Assembly: GCA_963808625.1 (NCBI GenBank)
Contig: CAWEHK010000026.1
Span: forward strand, 1 to 64,000
Reading direction: 5' to 3'
From: an uncultured delta proteobacterium
GTDB lineage: Bacteria > Desulfobacterota > Syntrophobacteria > Syntrophobacterales > Syntrophobacteraceae
Length of the DNA: 64,000 nt
The notes under the pieces are model-generated. The model ran no database searches. It was not told the DNA's origin and worked only from the letters and a program-made list of their open reading frames with translations. The position numbers were made by a program, and so were the translations under genes. Below are positions 9,753-21,920 of this stretch, piece after piece (positions within the stretch are counted from its first letter, which is position 1; the number at the start of each line of letters is the position of its first letter).

Positions 9753-10301
9753 CTAATGAAGATATTTTCGCACATCCGACGGCGGCTCAGTCTCCCGATA
9801 GACCACATTGCCCTCTTTGTTGACGAGGACAAACAGGGGTATCCCCTGGACCTTATAGGCCCTGGAAACTTTCCCGTCACCGTCATAGAGTATCGGCCAG
9901 GACACGGGATGTCCTTCCTGGTAACGCTTCAGCCGCTCCAGGGAATCACTCCCGCCAACGTTTATCCCAAGGATTTCCATTTCACCCGGACCCGTCTTTT
10001 CCCGCAGCTTGGCAACATCCGGCTTAACCTCGATGCAATGCGGACACCAGGTGGCCCAAAAATAGATCAACACCGGCCGCTCTCCCTTGAACTTACTCAG
10101 GCGGATTTTCGAACCGTTCAAATCGGGCAGCTCGAAGTCAACGGCCGCTCCTTTCACGGCCTCAGATCCAAAAAGAGCGGCCAGAACGATCGGTTCACGG
10201 GATTCGGAAGCGCTTGCCGCCTGATTCAAAGAGAACGAAGAGCTGAACGTCATCACCATGATCCAGGCCAATAGCCGGCCAAAAACCAATTTGTGGCTCA
10301 T
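9753..10301 (-). CDS. TlpA/ResA family thiol-disulfide oxidoreductase
   Basis: Signal or anchor sequence, FWATWCPHC, GIP cis-Pro loop. Confidence 0.9.
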   Translation of the reverse strand: MSHKLVFGRLLAWIMVMTFSSSFSLNQAASASESREPIVLAALFGSEAVKGAAVDFELPDLNGSKIRLSKFKGERPVLIYFWATWCPHCIEVKPDVAKLREKTGPGEMEILGINVGGSDSLERLKRYQEGHPVSWPILYDGDGKVSRAYKVQGIPLFVLVNKEGNVVYRETEPPSDVRKYLH

Positions 10302-11005
10302 AGCCAGAATTCTCCTGTCTTAATGAAGAAATACTCGGCAGCCAAAATCATCAGCAACCCGAATGCTTTCTGGATCCGCCTCATCCAAATTCCGGAACGC
10401 GGGAGGGAAGTCAGAAGACCGGTAAAGGTCCCAAGCAGGATGACGAGCGTGCCGATACCATAGGAAAAGGCAAAGAGCATCCCAATGCCCCAAAAAATAT
10501 CCTGCTGGGTCGCCACGATGGTCAGGAGCACTCCCAGGACGGGTGTGGTGCAGGTGCTGATCACCAGTGCCGAAGCCCCTCCCAGGAGCACACTCGAGAG
10601 GATATCATGCCCTCGAATATTTCGCACTTGCATTCGATTCAGGAATGCCGGCGGCGTCAGAGGAATGACTTCCAGCATCGCCAACCCAAAGATCAGGCAA
10701 ATATTCCCGACCAGCAGGTAGGTCCAGCGATTGCTCGTGAGCGCGCCGAAGAGCCCCCCGGACAGCGCGGCAAAAGCCCCAAGAGCCGAATACACAATCG
10801 CCAGCCCCAGGACATAAAAAATGGAGAGCACAAAGCCCCTCCACCGGCTGCCTTGGGCTTTGGCGCCGACGAAAGCCACGGTAATCGGCATCATCGGATA
10901 GGTGCACGGGGTGAAGCTTGCCAATACCCCACCGGCATAGGCCAGGAGCAATGCCAGCGATTGGTGCTCCCGCGCAATTTCTTCAAATTGACTCACCCAC
11001 TCCAA
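10298..11005 (-). CDS. ccdA: CcdA/DsbD-beta cytochrome c biogenesis protein
   Basis: SFTPCTYPMMP and STCTTPVL cysteines; six hydrophobic segments; coupled to tlpA. Confidence 0.85.
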   Translation of the reverse strand: MEWVSQFEEIAREHQSLALLLAYAGGVLASFTPCTYPMMPITVAFVGAKAQGSRWRGFVLSIFYVLGLAIVYSALGAFAALSGGLFGALTSNRWTYLLVGNICLIFGLAMLEVIPLTPPAFLNRMQVRNIRGHDILSSVLLGGASALVISTCTTPVLGVLLTIVATQQDIFWGIGMLFAFSYGIGTLVILLGTFTGLLTSLPRSGIWMRRIQKAFGLLMILAAEYFFIKTGEFWL

Positions 11006-11030
11006 AGCTCACCCTCTGATTCCGCTCCGC

Positions 11031-11783
11031 TCAGGTCGATCCGAGCTGTTCCAGGAGCCTCAGACTTCTAAGGTCCTTCTTAATGTGCTCACGGACCCAA
11101 TCCAGCAAAGCATTCAGAAGCGGGACCCGGCGATGCTGTGAGAAATGGAGACGCCAGATATTGGTTACGGAAAAACGCCTGGATTGATGAATAAGCACCA
11201 GACTCCCCAAATCCAACAGCAAGCGATCCTCGTCTGCCCGGCGATGTTCCGCGCACACCAGCACTCCCTGGCTTATTCGCCACCACCAGGTGGTGGCCGA
11301 TTTCAGGGGGCGGTGGCAAACTCCGCATCGTTCCAGAGCAGGAAGATAACCCATGATATGAAGAAAGCGAAGCAGGAACAGCAAGACCACATTGACCGGG
11401 TCCCTGGTCTTCACCAGATGGTCTAAAGCCTGCCGCAAGAGGAAAAAAAGCTCCGGCTGCGGTTCCCCTTCCGGGACCATTTCCAGCATAATTTCGGAAA
11501 TCAACGCCGCCTGTCCCCACCGTTTCACCTCAACCCGGAGGCCCAAATGGGGCTCCAACAGGTTGCAGGCATCGATCCACACCAATCCCCGGCGGGCACG
11601 ATAAGCCAACCTCACCAGACTGCACGGTTCAAACGTGTTGACAAACCGCTTCTTGCTCCGCCTGGCGCCTTTCGCAATGCCTTTGAGCAACCCCGACGCC
11701 TCGCCGTAAAAGGCAATGATGCGGTCAGACTCCCCGTAGTCTCTACCGTTCAAAACAATCGCATCGGTCTCAAAAACATCCAT
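11031..11783 (-). CDS. recO: DNA repair protein RecO
   Basis: DYGESDRI, AKGARRSKKRF, zinc finger C..C...C..H. Confidence 0.95.
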   Translation of the reverse strand: MDVFETDAIVLNGRDYGESDRIIAFYGEASGLLKGIAKGARRSKKRFVNTFEPCSLVRLAYRARRGLVWIDACNLLEPHLGLRVEVKRWGQAALISEIMLEMVPEGEPQPELFFLLRQALDHLVKTRDPVNVVLLFLLRFLHIMGYLPALERCGVCHRPLKSATTWWWRISQGVLVCAEHRRADEDRLLLDLGSLVLIHQSRRFSVTNIWRLHFSQHRRVPLLNALLDWVREHIKKDLRSLRLLEQLGST

Positions 11784-11797
11784 GCCCCCGTCTGCTC

Positions 11798-12745
11798 TTA
11801 TTCTTTCAGATACCGCTGGTCCGGGAGGTTAAAGCGGATCACACTGCCCTGCCTGGCTGGGACCTCAACCGGGCGGCCGTCCCACTTCATGCGAACGCCG
11901 CCGGCGTTGCCGACGATGATCTTCATGGTCTTCTCCGCTTCCCATTGGCGATTGTCCCCAGGTTCCAGCATCGCCGTCTGAGTGGTCTTATCATCCATGG
12001 TGACCTGAATCCAGGTCTTCTGGGTCGCTTCCACGCGGAACAGGCGTTTCCCAACCGCTTCCGCGGCAGGAACCGGCTTTTCGACCGGCTCCGGCAGGAC
12101 CTCGGCCGGACCGACCCCCGCTCCGGATGGCTTGGATGCCGGGCCGTCCTGGGCCCTGGGCACCACCGCCGCGCTTTGGGTCTTTTCTGCTCGGGAATCG
12201 CCGCCCGCAGATGAGGACCGAACCGCTTTGTCCTCGGAACCAGGGGCCGCTCCCTTCGACTCCGACCCGGTACTCTGCGCGGCCTTGTTGGAAAGATCGG
12301 AAGGCAGGTCCTGCTGCGGATAACCCGACGCTCTAAGGGATTGAGACGGATCCGAAGATTCCCTGAATTTCCAGAACCACACGCCGCCGTAAATAGCCCC
12401 GAGGAGCGCGATGCCGAGAAGCAGTACGGCAAATATCCCAATCCGGCTTCTCTTTCTGAGCGCCTTCGACCACTTGCCGAAACGCCGGATGCTTTCATCC
12501 TGAAGATCGAGAGCGCGAATTTCCGAAGCATGCTTCTCGATCAAGGGCTGAGGATCAATGCCCAGGGACCCGCAATAGGCTCGGATAAAGCTGCGAATCA
12601 GCAAGCTCGATCCAATCCGCTCGCAATTCCCTTCTTCCAGGGCCTGGAGCATGCTGACACTGACGCGAACCCGTTCCGACATTTCCGCCAATGGCACGCC
12701 CTGCTTCAGCCTCTCAGACTTCAAATATGCTGCGAGTTCCTTCAT
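11798..12745 (-). CDS. rodZ: RodZ-like protein (HTH, TM, DUF4115)
   Basis: N-terminal HTH LQALEEG...RSFIRAY, one TM segment, C-terminal TWIQVT.D...VGNAGGV. Confidence 0.85.
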   Translation of the reverse strand: MKELAAYLKSERLKQGVPLAEMSERVRVSVSMLQALEEGNCERIGSSLLIRSFIRAYCGSLGIDPQPLIEKHASEIRALDLQDESIRRFGKWSKALRKRSRIGIFAVLLLGIALLGAIYGGVWFWKFRESSDPSQSLRASGYPQQDLPSDLSNKAAQSTGSESKGAAPGSEDKAVRSSSAGGDSRAEKTQSAAVVPRAQDGPASKPSGAGVGPAEVLPEPVEKPVPAAEAVGKRLFRVEATQKTWIQVTMDDKTTQTAMLEPGDNRQWEAEKTMKIIVGNAGGVRMKWDGRPVEVPARQGSVIRFNLPDQRYLKE

Positions 12746-12762
12746 CCGAAACCACCAATTGG

Positions 12763-12836
12763 TTCTTAGCTCTTAGCTCTTAGCTCTTAGCTGTTGGCTG
12801 TTGGCTGTTAGCTGTTAGCTGTTGATTGTTTGCTGT
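12763..12836. repeat. Heptamer tandem array (TCTTAGC/TGTTGGC/TGTTAGC)n
   Basis: About 10 units whose sequence drifts along the array. Confidence 0.9.
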
Positions 12837-12964
12837 TTGGTCCAGGCTCCCGGCTCTTGGTTTTATACTTGCTGAGGTTTTAACACTTTCAATCTTTCCG
12901 CGAGAAAAATAAATTCGGTTCTCTCCGCGTTCTCTGCGTTCTCTGCGGTGAATTCCTCAGCCGG

Positions 12965-13923
12965 TCAGAGCGAAATCTGTATAAAGGCCCGAGCCTCAAG
13001 GTCTCGGACCCAATCCTCGAACTTCTTGCTCATTTCCGATTGAAAAAGCTGTCTTCGAGCCTTTTCGCGGGCCTCGGCATCAACCGCTGCCTGTTTTGTC
13101 TTCTGAACGTCCAGGACCTTGATGATGAAGAATCCGGTCGGCGTCTTCAGCAGCTCCGTCATCTCATTCGGCTTGAGCCCCCGGGTTGCTGCTTCGATGG
13201 GGGGCGCGAGTTCATCCGTAGGGATATAGCCCAGGTCCCCCCCTCCTGCGCGGCGGGCCCCTTGGAGTATTCTTTTGCGAGCTTGGAAAAATCCTCGCCG
13301 CCTTTTAACCGATTCATAACGTCGCGGGCCATCTTTTCCACTTCTGCCGTTTTCTGCCCTTGAGCTCCTTCCGGAAAGGGAAGAAACAGGAGCGCCAGGC
13401 GCCGCCTCTCCACAAGAGCAGCCTCATCCGTCTTGAGAAAAGCGTCAACCTGCTCCTGGGTGATGACGGTCTTGCTCTTGAACACCCGCTCGACCAGCCG
13501 CGAGCGCTCCAATTCCTTCTTGATCCCCTGACGAACCTGCTCGCGCGTTTGCCCCTGCTGCTGAATCACATTCTCAAATTGGGCGTCCGTAAAGTGATTC
13601 TCGCTCTTGATCGTTTCGAGGGCCTCATCGATTTCACGCGCCGACACCACAATCTTCAAACGCCGAATCTCCTGGTCTGCCAGGTGGTCTCGAATCATCT
13701 GCTGCAGCACTTCACGCTCGAGCTGAGCGCGCCGGGCGGGATCTTCCAACTTCAGGTTCGGCGACATCTTCGTAAGCTGGCGCACTTGCTCCTGAAGCTC
13801 ACTGTAGAGAATAATATCCCCATTGACTACAGCGACAATCCGGTCGATAGTTTCCGCGCAGACAACCCCACAGCACCCAATCAGGCACACGATTATGAAG
13901 CAAAATCTAATGATCGACCGCAT
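12965..13923 (-). CDS. SurA-like parvulin peptidyl-prolyl isomerase, frameshifted
   Basis: DRIVAVVNGDIILYSEL, GEDFSKLAKEYS, KTPTGFFIIKV; directly downstream of mfd. Confidence 0.85.
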
Positions 13924-13942
13924 GCACTCCCTCGCCCCCTAA

Positions 13943-14078
13943 GAAGGTGTCCCCCAAAACCCCCTCCATCCCGTCACCCCGGGCGAAAGCCGGGGTCCAG
14001 GGAGTCTCAAAGAAACCTGGATCCCGGCTTACACCGGAATGACGCAAGGCGATTCCGGAAAGCCTTTTGGGCAACCTC
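13943..14078. mobile_element. MITE-like shell enclosing a REP doublet
   Basis: REP doublet 13972-14044; degenerate termini gaaggtgtcccccaaaa and ttttgggcaacctcc. Confidence 0.55.
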
Positions 14079-14168
14079 CAAAATCTCAACAATTAGACCA
14101 TCGCCGAAGGTGCTTCGGGGCCGCCGCCCACCATTCCTGCAGCATGAGGCCCCCGCCCCCACCCTAAC

Positions 14169-17100
14169 CTACTGAATTGACTTGATATCACTAGCACGTT
14201 CCCAGAACTCTTGCAAGGTCCTTTTCAACCGCACGAGGCGTTGGGCCGAATCGCGTCCCCAGATGTCAACGCGCAGCCTGCGCTCCATTGCCGGATTGAA
14301 GGAACAATTCTTGGACGCCAGAAAGGAAGCGAACGACCGGAAAGGAGCATCCGCCGCAAAGTGAAGGCAAAAGGACTCATCGTCCCCGTCAATCCGCAGC
14401 ATTCCAACCTGTTTCGAGAGCAATCGCACCTTCGCGAGCAGAATCAGGTTCCTGACACTTTCGGGAAATGGACCGTAACGATCTCGCCATTCCTTCGTCA
14501 GGTCATCCACCTCCGCTTCTGCCGCAATCGTCGCCAGCCGCTTGTACGCAATGAGCCGCTGATCGGTATTTGGGATGTAAGTCTCCGGCAGGAAGGCGCT
14601 GAGCCTGATGTTGATTTCCGGCTCGATGGGCGCTTCTTCGAAGCGTTCCCCTTTCAGCTCACGAACGGTCTTCTCGAGGAGTTCCAGGTAGAGCTCATAA
14701 CCCACGGCCGCAATATGACCTGATTGGGAGGCCCCGAGGATGGTCCCTCCCCCCGGATTTGGAGGTCATTGAGGGCGATCTTGAAGCCCGCTCCGAGCTC
14801 GCTGAAATCCAGCAGCGCCCGCAGGCGCTTCTGAGCATCCCGCGTAATGAGGTGTTCCCCGGGCACGAGCAGGTAGGCATAAGCCTGCTCACTGGAGCGC
14901 CCGACCCTTCCCCGCAACTGATAAATCTGAGCCAGCCCGAACTTGTCGGCACGATTGATGATAATGGTATTGGCTGCCGGAATATCGAGCCCCGACTCGA
15001 TGATCGTCGTACAAACCAGAACATCCACCTGGCGATGGATGAAGTCAAGCATGACCTTTTCCAGGTCCCGTTCCTTCATCTGGCCGTGGGCCACGGCAAC
15101 GCGCGCGTCCGGCACCAGCAGGCTCAGTCTGGCGGCCATCTGGTAGATGCTGCCGACATGATTATGCACGAAAAAGACCTGGCCGGCCCGGTGGAGTTCC
15201 CGATAGATCGCTTCCTGGATCGTCAACTCTTCGTATTTGCAGAGCAACGTGTCTATGGAACGGCGGTCCTCGGGCGCCGTTTCGATGACGCTCATGTCCC
15301 GAATTCCGGAAAGCGCCATGTGCAGCGTCCTGGGAATCGGGGTCGCGGAAAGGGTGAGGACATCCACGGAGACTCTGAGTTTCTTCAAATTTTCCTTGTG
15401 CTTGACGCCAAAGCGATGCTCTTCGTCGACAATGACCAGCCCCAGGTCGCGAAAGCTTACATCCTTTTGCAGGAGGCGATGCGTACCGATGACAACATCG
15501 ATGGCGCCGCGCTCCAAGCCTTTGAGCACCTGTTTTTGCTGGGCGGAAGTCTTGAAACGGCTCAGCGAGGCCACCGCTACCGGAAAGCCGTTAAAGCGCT
15601 CAAGAAAGGTCTGGTAGTGCTGCTCCGCCAGGACCGTGGTAGGCACCAGCATGGCCACCTGTTTGCCATCCATGATGGCCTTGAAGGCAGCGCGAATCGC
15701 CACCTCCGTTTTGCCGTACCCGACGTCGCCGCAGATCAGCCGGTCCATGGGCAGCGCCGAGCCCATGTCCTCCAGGACGTCGTCAATGGCCCTGACCTGG
15801 TCGGGGGTTTCCTCGTAGGAGAAAGTCGCTTCAAATTCATGGAAATACGTGTCCGGAGCAGAAAAGCGAAAGCCCTCACTGACCCGTCGCTGGGCATAGA
15901 GATTGAGGATCTCCTGGGCGATTCTTTCCGCCGATTCCCGGGCCTTTTTCTTGGCCGTCTCCCAGGACTTGCCGCCGAGCTTGTCGACGCGCGGCTCATG
16001 CCCCTCGATCCCGAGATACTTCTGGACCCTGGCGAGTTTGTCAACGGGGACATAAAGGCGGTCCCCATCCTGGTACTCGAGCAGCACAAAATCGCTTTCG
16101 ATTCCCCGCACGTTCAAGTGGACCAGTTCTTTGTAGATGCCGATGCCATGGTCGACATGGACAACAAAATCGCCCACATGAAGGTCCTGAAAGGAATTCA
16201 AAAAAACACCCGAGACCGGTTTCCGGGAAACGCGACGCGATCTCCGCCCGAAAAGTTCTTCTTCGGATACGACGGCGAGCCTTTCCGCAGGCCAGAAGAA
16301 ACCTTTGAGCGAGGGACCGACCAACACTTTTACCGCCGGGGACTCATAGGATTCCTGTCCGAATGCGAGGTCGCTGGATAACACCTCCAGGTCATAGCCC
16401 GCAAGCAGCTCCGCCAACCGCCGGGACTGTTCCTTCTGCTGGCACACGAGGAAAGAAAGGATGCCGTCTTCCTGCCATTTGCGGAACTGGTGAGCGAGGG
16501 GTTCCAGGAGTCTTTCCTTGTTCTGGTGAGACTTCACGGCCAGGCCCAGGGCGCTGTGACTGTCGATCCCGAGATCCATGACCTTCTGGGTCTCGGCAGG
16601 TTCAATGAGGGCGTTGACCCACACCTGTTGAAACCGCTTCCCTTTTTCGTGCAGCCGTTCGGGGTCCGCGTAGAGCTCTGCGGGTGATTTCTGCCACTCG
16701 TTGCCGGTAGGATCCTTGGCACGATCACCGCACAACTGCCAGTAATTCTCGGCCATCTCCATGCGACAACGATTGGCATCGGACCAAAAGAGAAGCGTTT
16801 GGGGGGCGAGGTAGTCCAGAAGCGTTGCGGTCTTTTCATAGAAAACCGGCAGGAGGGATTCGAAGCCGCCGTTCTGATAGCCCTCCTGAATTCTCTCCAA
16901 CCAGGCGTTTCCCGCCGCGGGCGTCAACACCCCTTCCCGAACGTCCGCATAGAGCGCTTCCTGGGCGCGTGCCCGCGCTTCCCCATCGAGGATGATCTCG
17001 CTTGCGGGAAGGAGCACCACATCTTCCAGCACCCCGAGGGAACGCTGATTGCTGGGATGGAAAAGACGAATGGATTCCAGTTCATCCCCGAAGAACTCGA

Positions 17101-17770
17101 GCCTCAGGGGCCAGCGGTACATGGGAGCGTAAATATCGAGGACGCCTCCGCGCCGGCTCAGGTCCCCATATTCCTCCACCAGGGAAACCGGATAGTACCC
17201 GCGCTCACCGAGCTGCCGGCAGAACGATTCGAGCTCGATGGCTTCCCCTTTGACTCGATATTCCACATGGTTGAGCAGGATTTCCGGGGGCGCCAAACAT
17301 TCCAGGAGAGCCATCGCCGAGGTGACAACCAGGATGGGAGAGACCGCAGTTTTGAGGGCGTAAAGGGCCTCGAGACGCCTCGCCGTGGCTTCCATCTTTC
17401 CCAGAGACTGCGCTTTGTGGGCGGTTCGCGAAGGGAAATACCAGATCTTTCGCGCGAGGGGAGCATCCGGACGTTGGTTCTCCCTGCCGAAGAAAAAAGC
17501 GGCTATCTCGAAATATTGCTCCGCCTCCCGGTCGGTGGGGGCGATCAGGAGCATGGGTTTGCGGACGGCGCGCAGTCCCTTCCCGATGAGGTAACCCAGG
17601 GCTGTTTCCTGCACCCCGCGCAGATGCACCGACTCCCGGGAATCCCTCAGAAAGGATAAAACGGCTGCAGCATCGGCATCCCTTTTGGGAAATCCCTCGA
17701 TGGCGCTTCCATGCGATGTTGCCGGTTCCTGCTCCCGACTTACCGATATATCCATAAGGCTGTCGACCAT
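14169..17770 (-). CDS. mfd: Transcription-repair coupling factor, frameshifted near the C-terminus
   Basis: VVHVDHGIG, CGDVGYGKTEVA, DEEHRFGV, SATPIPRTL, QLRGRVGRS, TRCF domain in 14169-14705; start uncertain (17770 or 17755). Confidence 0.95.
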
Positions 17771-18011
17771 TCGATGCACAAAAAGAGTTTCATCTTCAGA
17801 GGAAATCACACTATAACCATGATGCCTGCGGAAAGAAAGGCTCGATGCCGGTTGGACCCGGCACACCCTGGGACCGGAGCATGTTTGAGGGATCCAAGGC
17901 TCGTGCTGGAAGTCCTTGGGTCTTTTAACAGAGAGGCTGAGACCAGCGATGGCGAAGATGCGGACACAGAAAGCCTGCAAACCGATGAGTGTTAAAAAGG
18001 ATGAACAGCCA

Positions 18012-19448
18012 ATGACCGGCAACTCTACTCAAGAAAGGCTGCGCCGGATTCCCAGTGTGGAGAATCTGCTGCAATTGGAAGCGATCCAGGAAGCGCTCTC
18101 GCGATATCCCCGCCGGCTGATGCTGGCAAGCATCCGGCACGTTCTGGAGCAAAAGCGCAAGCTCCTTCTTGAGGAACCGGAATCGACGCCGAGGATAAAC
18201 CTCGAAACAGCCCATCTGGTGCAGTGCGTTTTGAAACACCTCGAAAAGGCCGGCGCCTATACCCTGCAGAACGTGATCAATGCTACCGGCGTCATCGTCC
18301 ACACCAACCTCGGGCGCTCGCTGCTCGCCGAGGAAGCCGTCGCGAGACTGCAATTGCTTTGCCGAAACTACAACAACCTCGAGTACGATCTGGTCCAGGG
18401 ACAGCGAGGATCTCGCTATGTCCATGCCGAATCGATTTTGTGCGAACTCACCGGCGCGGAGGCCGCACTCGTCGTGAACAATAACGCTGCCGCCGTCCTG
18501 CTCACCTTGAACACCCTGGCGAAGGATCGCGAAGTCATCGTTTCCCGCGGCCAACTCGTGGAAATCGGCGGCTCCTTTCGGATCCCCGATGTGATGCGCA
18601 GCAGCGGCGCCATCCTCCGCGAGGTCGGGTGCACCAACCGCACGCACCTGCGCGACTACGAAGCGGTCATCACGGAACAAACCGCACTCCTGCTGCGCGT
18701 CCACACCAGCAATTATCGCATTGTCGGCTTTACCGCCGAGGTGCCGGCGGAACAACTGGTCGCGCTGGGCCGAAAGCGCGGCATCCCGGTGATGGAGGAC
18801 CTGGGCAGCGGATCTTTCGTCGATATGGCGAGATTCGGTCTGCATGGGGAACCGACCGTTTCGGAGGCCATGGGGACGGGGGTGGATGTGGTGACCTTCA
18901 GTGGGGACAAACTGCTCGGCGGCCCCCAGGCCGGTATCATTTTGGGCAGGAAGGAGATCGTCGCAGAATGCCGCAAAAACCCCCTCACGCGGGCCCTGCG
19001 CGTGGACAAGATGACGCTTGCCGTGCTCGAGGCGACCCTGCGTTTATACCGCGATGAACGCCTTGCGCTGGAAAAGGTCCCAACCCTCCGTATGATCGCC
19101 GTACCCCTGGCACTCCTCGAGGAACGAGCTCAGCATCTGGCGGCGCTCATTCGGGAGGCGGACCCCCAGCACCGCTTGCAGGTCCGGGTTCAGCAAAGTT
19201 CTTCGCAGGTCGGCGGAGGGGCGTTGCCGGGCCAGGGCCTCCCGACTTATGCGGTGGCCGTGAGTTCACCCGGCATGAGCACCCAGAGGATCGAGGCACA
19301 TCTCAGAAACAATGAACCCCCGATTATTGCCCGCATCGAGTCGGATCAATACCTGATGGACGTCCGCACCCTGCAGGCGGAAGATTTTCCGATCGTGCAA
19401 CACGCTTTTCAACGACTCCTGAGAGGACCCGAATCTGCTGGTCAATGA
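18012..19448 (+). CDS. selA: L-seryl-tRNA(Sec) selenium transferase
   Basis: INATGVIVHTNLGRS, VNNNAAA, SRGQLVEIGGSFRIPDVM, FSGDKLLGGPQAG. Confidence 0.97.
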   Translation: MTGNSTQERLRRIPSVENLLQLEAIQEALSRYPRRLMLASIRHVLEQKRKLLLEEPESTPRINLETAHLVQCVLKHLEKAGAYTLQNVINATGVIVHTNLGRSLLAEEAVARLQLLCRNYNNLEYDLVQGQRGSRYVHAESILCELTGAEAALVVNNNAAAVLLTLNTLAKDREVIVSRGQLVEIGGSFRIPDVMRSSGAILREVGCTNRTHLRDYEAVITEQTALLLRVHTSNYRIVGFTAEVPAEQLVALGRKRGIPVMEDLGSGSFVDMARFGLHGEPTVSEAMGTGVDVVTFSGDKLLGGPQAGIILGRKEIVAECRKNPLTRALRVDKMTLAVLEATLRLYRDERLALEKVPTLRMIAVPLALLEERAQHLAALIREADPQHRLQVRVQQSSSQVGGGALPGQGLPTYAVAVSSPGMSTQRIEAHLRNNEPPIIARIESDQYLMDVRTLQAEDFPIVQHAFQRLLRGPESAGQ

Positions 19449-19547
19449 TAGCCGAGGCAAAACGCTGAGCCGGGATGGTCGCCACCGCACGGAACCAGCC
19501 TCCCGGCGGCACTCTCTCCCGGCAGCCGGGAAGCCAAGATGGCGGCT

Positions 19548-19634
19548 CTCAGACTCCCGACTTCTCACTCCTGACTCCTGACTCCTGGCTCCTGGCTCCT
19601 GACTCCTGGCTCCTGACTCTGGCTCCTGACTTCT
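19548..19634. repeat. Heptamer tandem array (TCCTGAC/TCCTGGC)n
   Basis: About 12 units between selA and the accessory island. Confidence 0.9.
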
Positions 19635-19654
19635 CTCCCCAGGCAGCCAGGAAC

Positions 19655-20341
19655 TCAATAGGGCGGATCGGCCGGTCCGTCGTACCCACAGAGGCCTAAA
19701 CGCGGCGAGTTGACTAAAGGGATGGGTTCACCATACTGATCATGGGGATGGGTTTTTGCGTGTTTGGCGCATAAAGCTCCCCATTCATCTTTCCTCAATA
19801 CAGACACTCCATACACAACCAGGCCGCAGGCTTTTTACACTCTATGCATTCGGATTCCGGCATCACATTGCGCATCATGAGGGCGATGGGATGAGAAGTA
19901 GTGGGCTTGCCTTCCCGCACATTCACGAATTTTATGAGCGTTTCCGATGAGGTCCCAAAATCATAGATATGCGTCAGCTCAACACCTCGGCTCGAAAACT
20001 TTATCGATTCGTCGCCCTTTGGCTATCTCTTTACCGCGCCATCCCCCAGTTGAAAACTGGCTCATATGCCCACAGCATTCGAGCCAGATGGCACGCAAAT
20101 AATCGTCCAAATCCAGCAAGGTAGCCGAGCCGCGCATTTCCAAATCCAGCCAGAATTCGCTCTGCCCGGCAGCCTGTACCCGCAGGTGGTAAAGCGATTC
20201 GCTGTTCCCCTTCTTACCCTCAGCCTTGGCCACAACTTCCTGCCTCTTTACACAGGCCGCTAAGTGCTTGCCCGCTCCGTTCTTAGCGAGTTCTTGCCGG
20301 CAATAGGCACATTTGCCCTTCGATTGCGTTAGCTGAGCCAT
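19655..20341 (-). CDS. Cys-rich hypothetical protein, pRiA4b ORF-3-like, frameshifted
   Basis: C..C...HL..C, LDDYLRAIWLECCGHMSQF, then HIYDFGTSS, CIEC..CMEC and VNSPRLGLCGYDGP in the continuing frames; ends at TGA 19655-19657. Confidence 0.7.
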
Positions 20342-20506
20342 GCTCTTCTCCTTGAATGGTGAATCACGGTCCCATCTTCCAACTCTTCAACATTGTTCCG
20401 CTTCTTGGAACTCTGTCAAGATCTTGGTTTAGGTTCTTATTTTCTCTGCGCTCTCTGCGTCTCCGCGGTGAATGCTATTCGGTTGCAGTCGGAGGCCACG
20501 CTCAGA

Positions 20507-21892
20507 TCATATCTTCTTCAGCTCAACGATAGCTTCGTAGAGCTGGTCACGGTCCTGAGCCTTTCCGACGCGAACGCCCGACTGAATGATGCTGTTGCCT
20601 ACCCTGGTTGCCCTGGGTATATTTATCTGAATCAATTTGAGGCCAATGGATTCCGCGATTTTGCCGAAGTACTGGTCCGTCGGGATGAGGATTCCCTGGA
20701 GGATGCTGTTGCCAATCACCACGAATGCTCTGCCGCCAGGCTTGAGAGCAAACTTAATCCCTTCAGCAAACTTAAGGCAGTCATTGAAATAGGTCGCTGC
20801 ATAATTCGCCCAACCATTGCCACCGTATACGCCCTTCTCCGGCTTAAGACCTCGCAGCGCCTCAAGTCGCAGGTGGATATCGCTTCCGGGTAAATCAAAA
20901 TCGAGACCAAGGTGCTCTTTTTCGCGCACCGTTTGCCAGAACTTCCCGAAGTTGGACTTTTCAAGTGGCGCCAGGTCCTTGGGTTGCTGAACAAACCCAA
21001 GCCAGTAAAGTTGCGGTCTTGTGTTTCGATTATAGTGGTAGTTATTGAGATAGGGAGGCGACGTGATAATCAAATCGACCGTTTCCGCCTCCAGGTGATC
21101 TTTCCAGTCGAAGAAGGAAGCCTCAATGATGCGCGAACTCACTCTGCCTCCCTGTAACTTTCTTTGCATCCACAGCATGTCACTGCTCATGGCATCAAGC
21201 TTGTCAAGGAGAGCTTCTTCCACTGGATAGTCGAGGATTTCCTCTTTTCCGGAACTGACGCGCCTGCTCAGGCTGGGCTCATAGGAATAATTGGAGTATT
21301 GAACCATGGTCGAGGCGAAAGCTAAGCGAAATAAATCCTTGACCCTGATTTCTTCAACAGTTTCCAGAAAATCGAAGAACCGAAGTACCCTCAAGAGTAC
21401 CTTCGGGCTGTAGAATGGCGCCCGCGTGTGAAATCCTTGAGGAGGTAACGGACCTCGGTTGATAGCCCGAGAGCAGCCGTTCGGCACAAAACCTTTTCCA
21501 CCGGACTACCTGCTCCTGAAAAGCAGGGATTGAGACTTCGCTGGCGCTGGTCTTTGCCCTGCTGGCCATGGCAGCATAGGGATTGATCTCGAATCCTATG
21601 GCATCATGCTGTTGGAGCAACGGCTTCCACGAGAGTGGTGCCAACGCCGCAGAAGGGGTCAAGAACGGTGCCCTTTCGGGAAAGATACCGCTCCATGACA
21701 TCCTTGACGAAGTCGCTCGAGAATCCTGCAATCCACGGCACCCAGCGGTGTACTGGCAGAGCACTTGTTGCCTGCAAACGCCGGGTCACTGAATTCCGAC
21801 TTCCGGTCAGCCAGACTGCGTCCCGAACATTCAAACATTTTCAGCTGGCGCATCAAGGGCGCACTCTTGGGCAACGTGTTTGTTCGAGCCAT
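20507..21892 (-). CDS. Amino (N4-C/N6-A) DNA methyltransferase, frameshifted
   Basis: PVHRWVPWIAGFS, motif I LDPFCGVGTT, motif IV ITSPPY. Confidence 0.9.
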
Positions 21893-21920
21893 AAACTCCC
21901 TTCGGCCCATACCGTACATC

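Noticed and set aside
14759..16381. 540 aa plus-strand ORF and similar long antisense ORFs (1173-2336, 34889-35842, 41983-42930)
   Set aside because: Shadow ORFs opposite well-supported genes in GC-rich DNA
17916..19700. selB, selC or a selenoprotein near selA
   Set aside because: No selB ORF, no tRNA-Sec cloverleaf and no convincing in-frame UGA with SECIS were seen; the nearby TlpA has a normal CPHC
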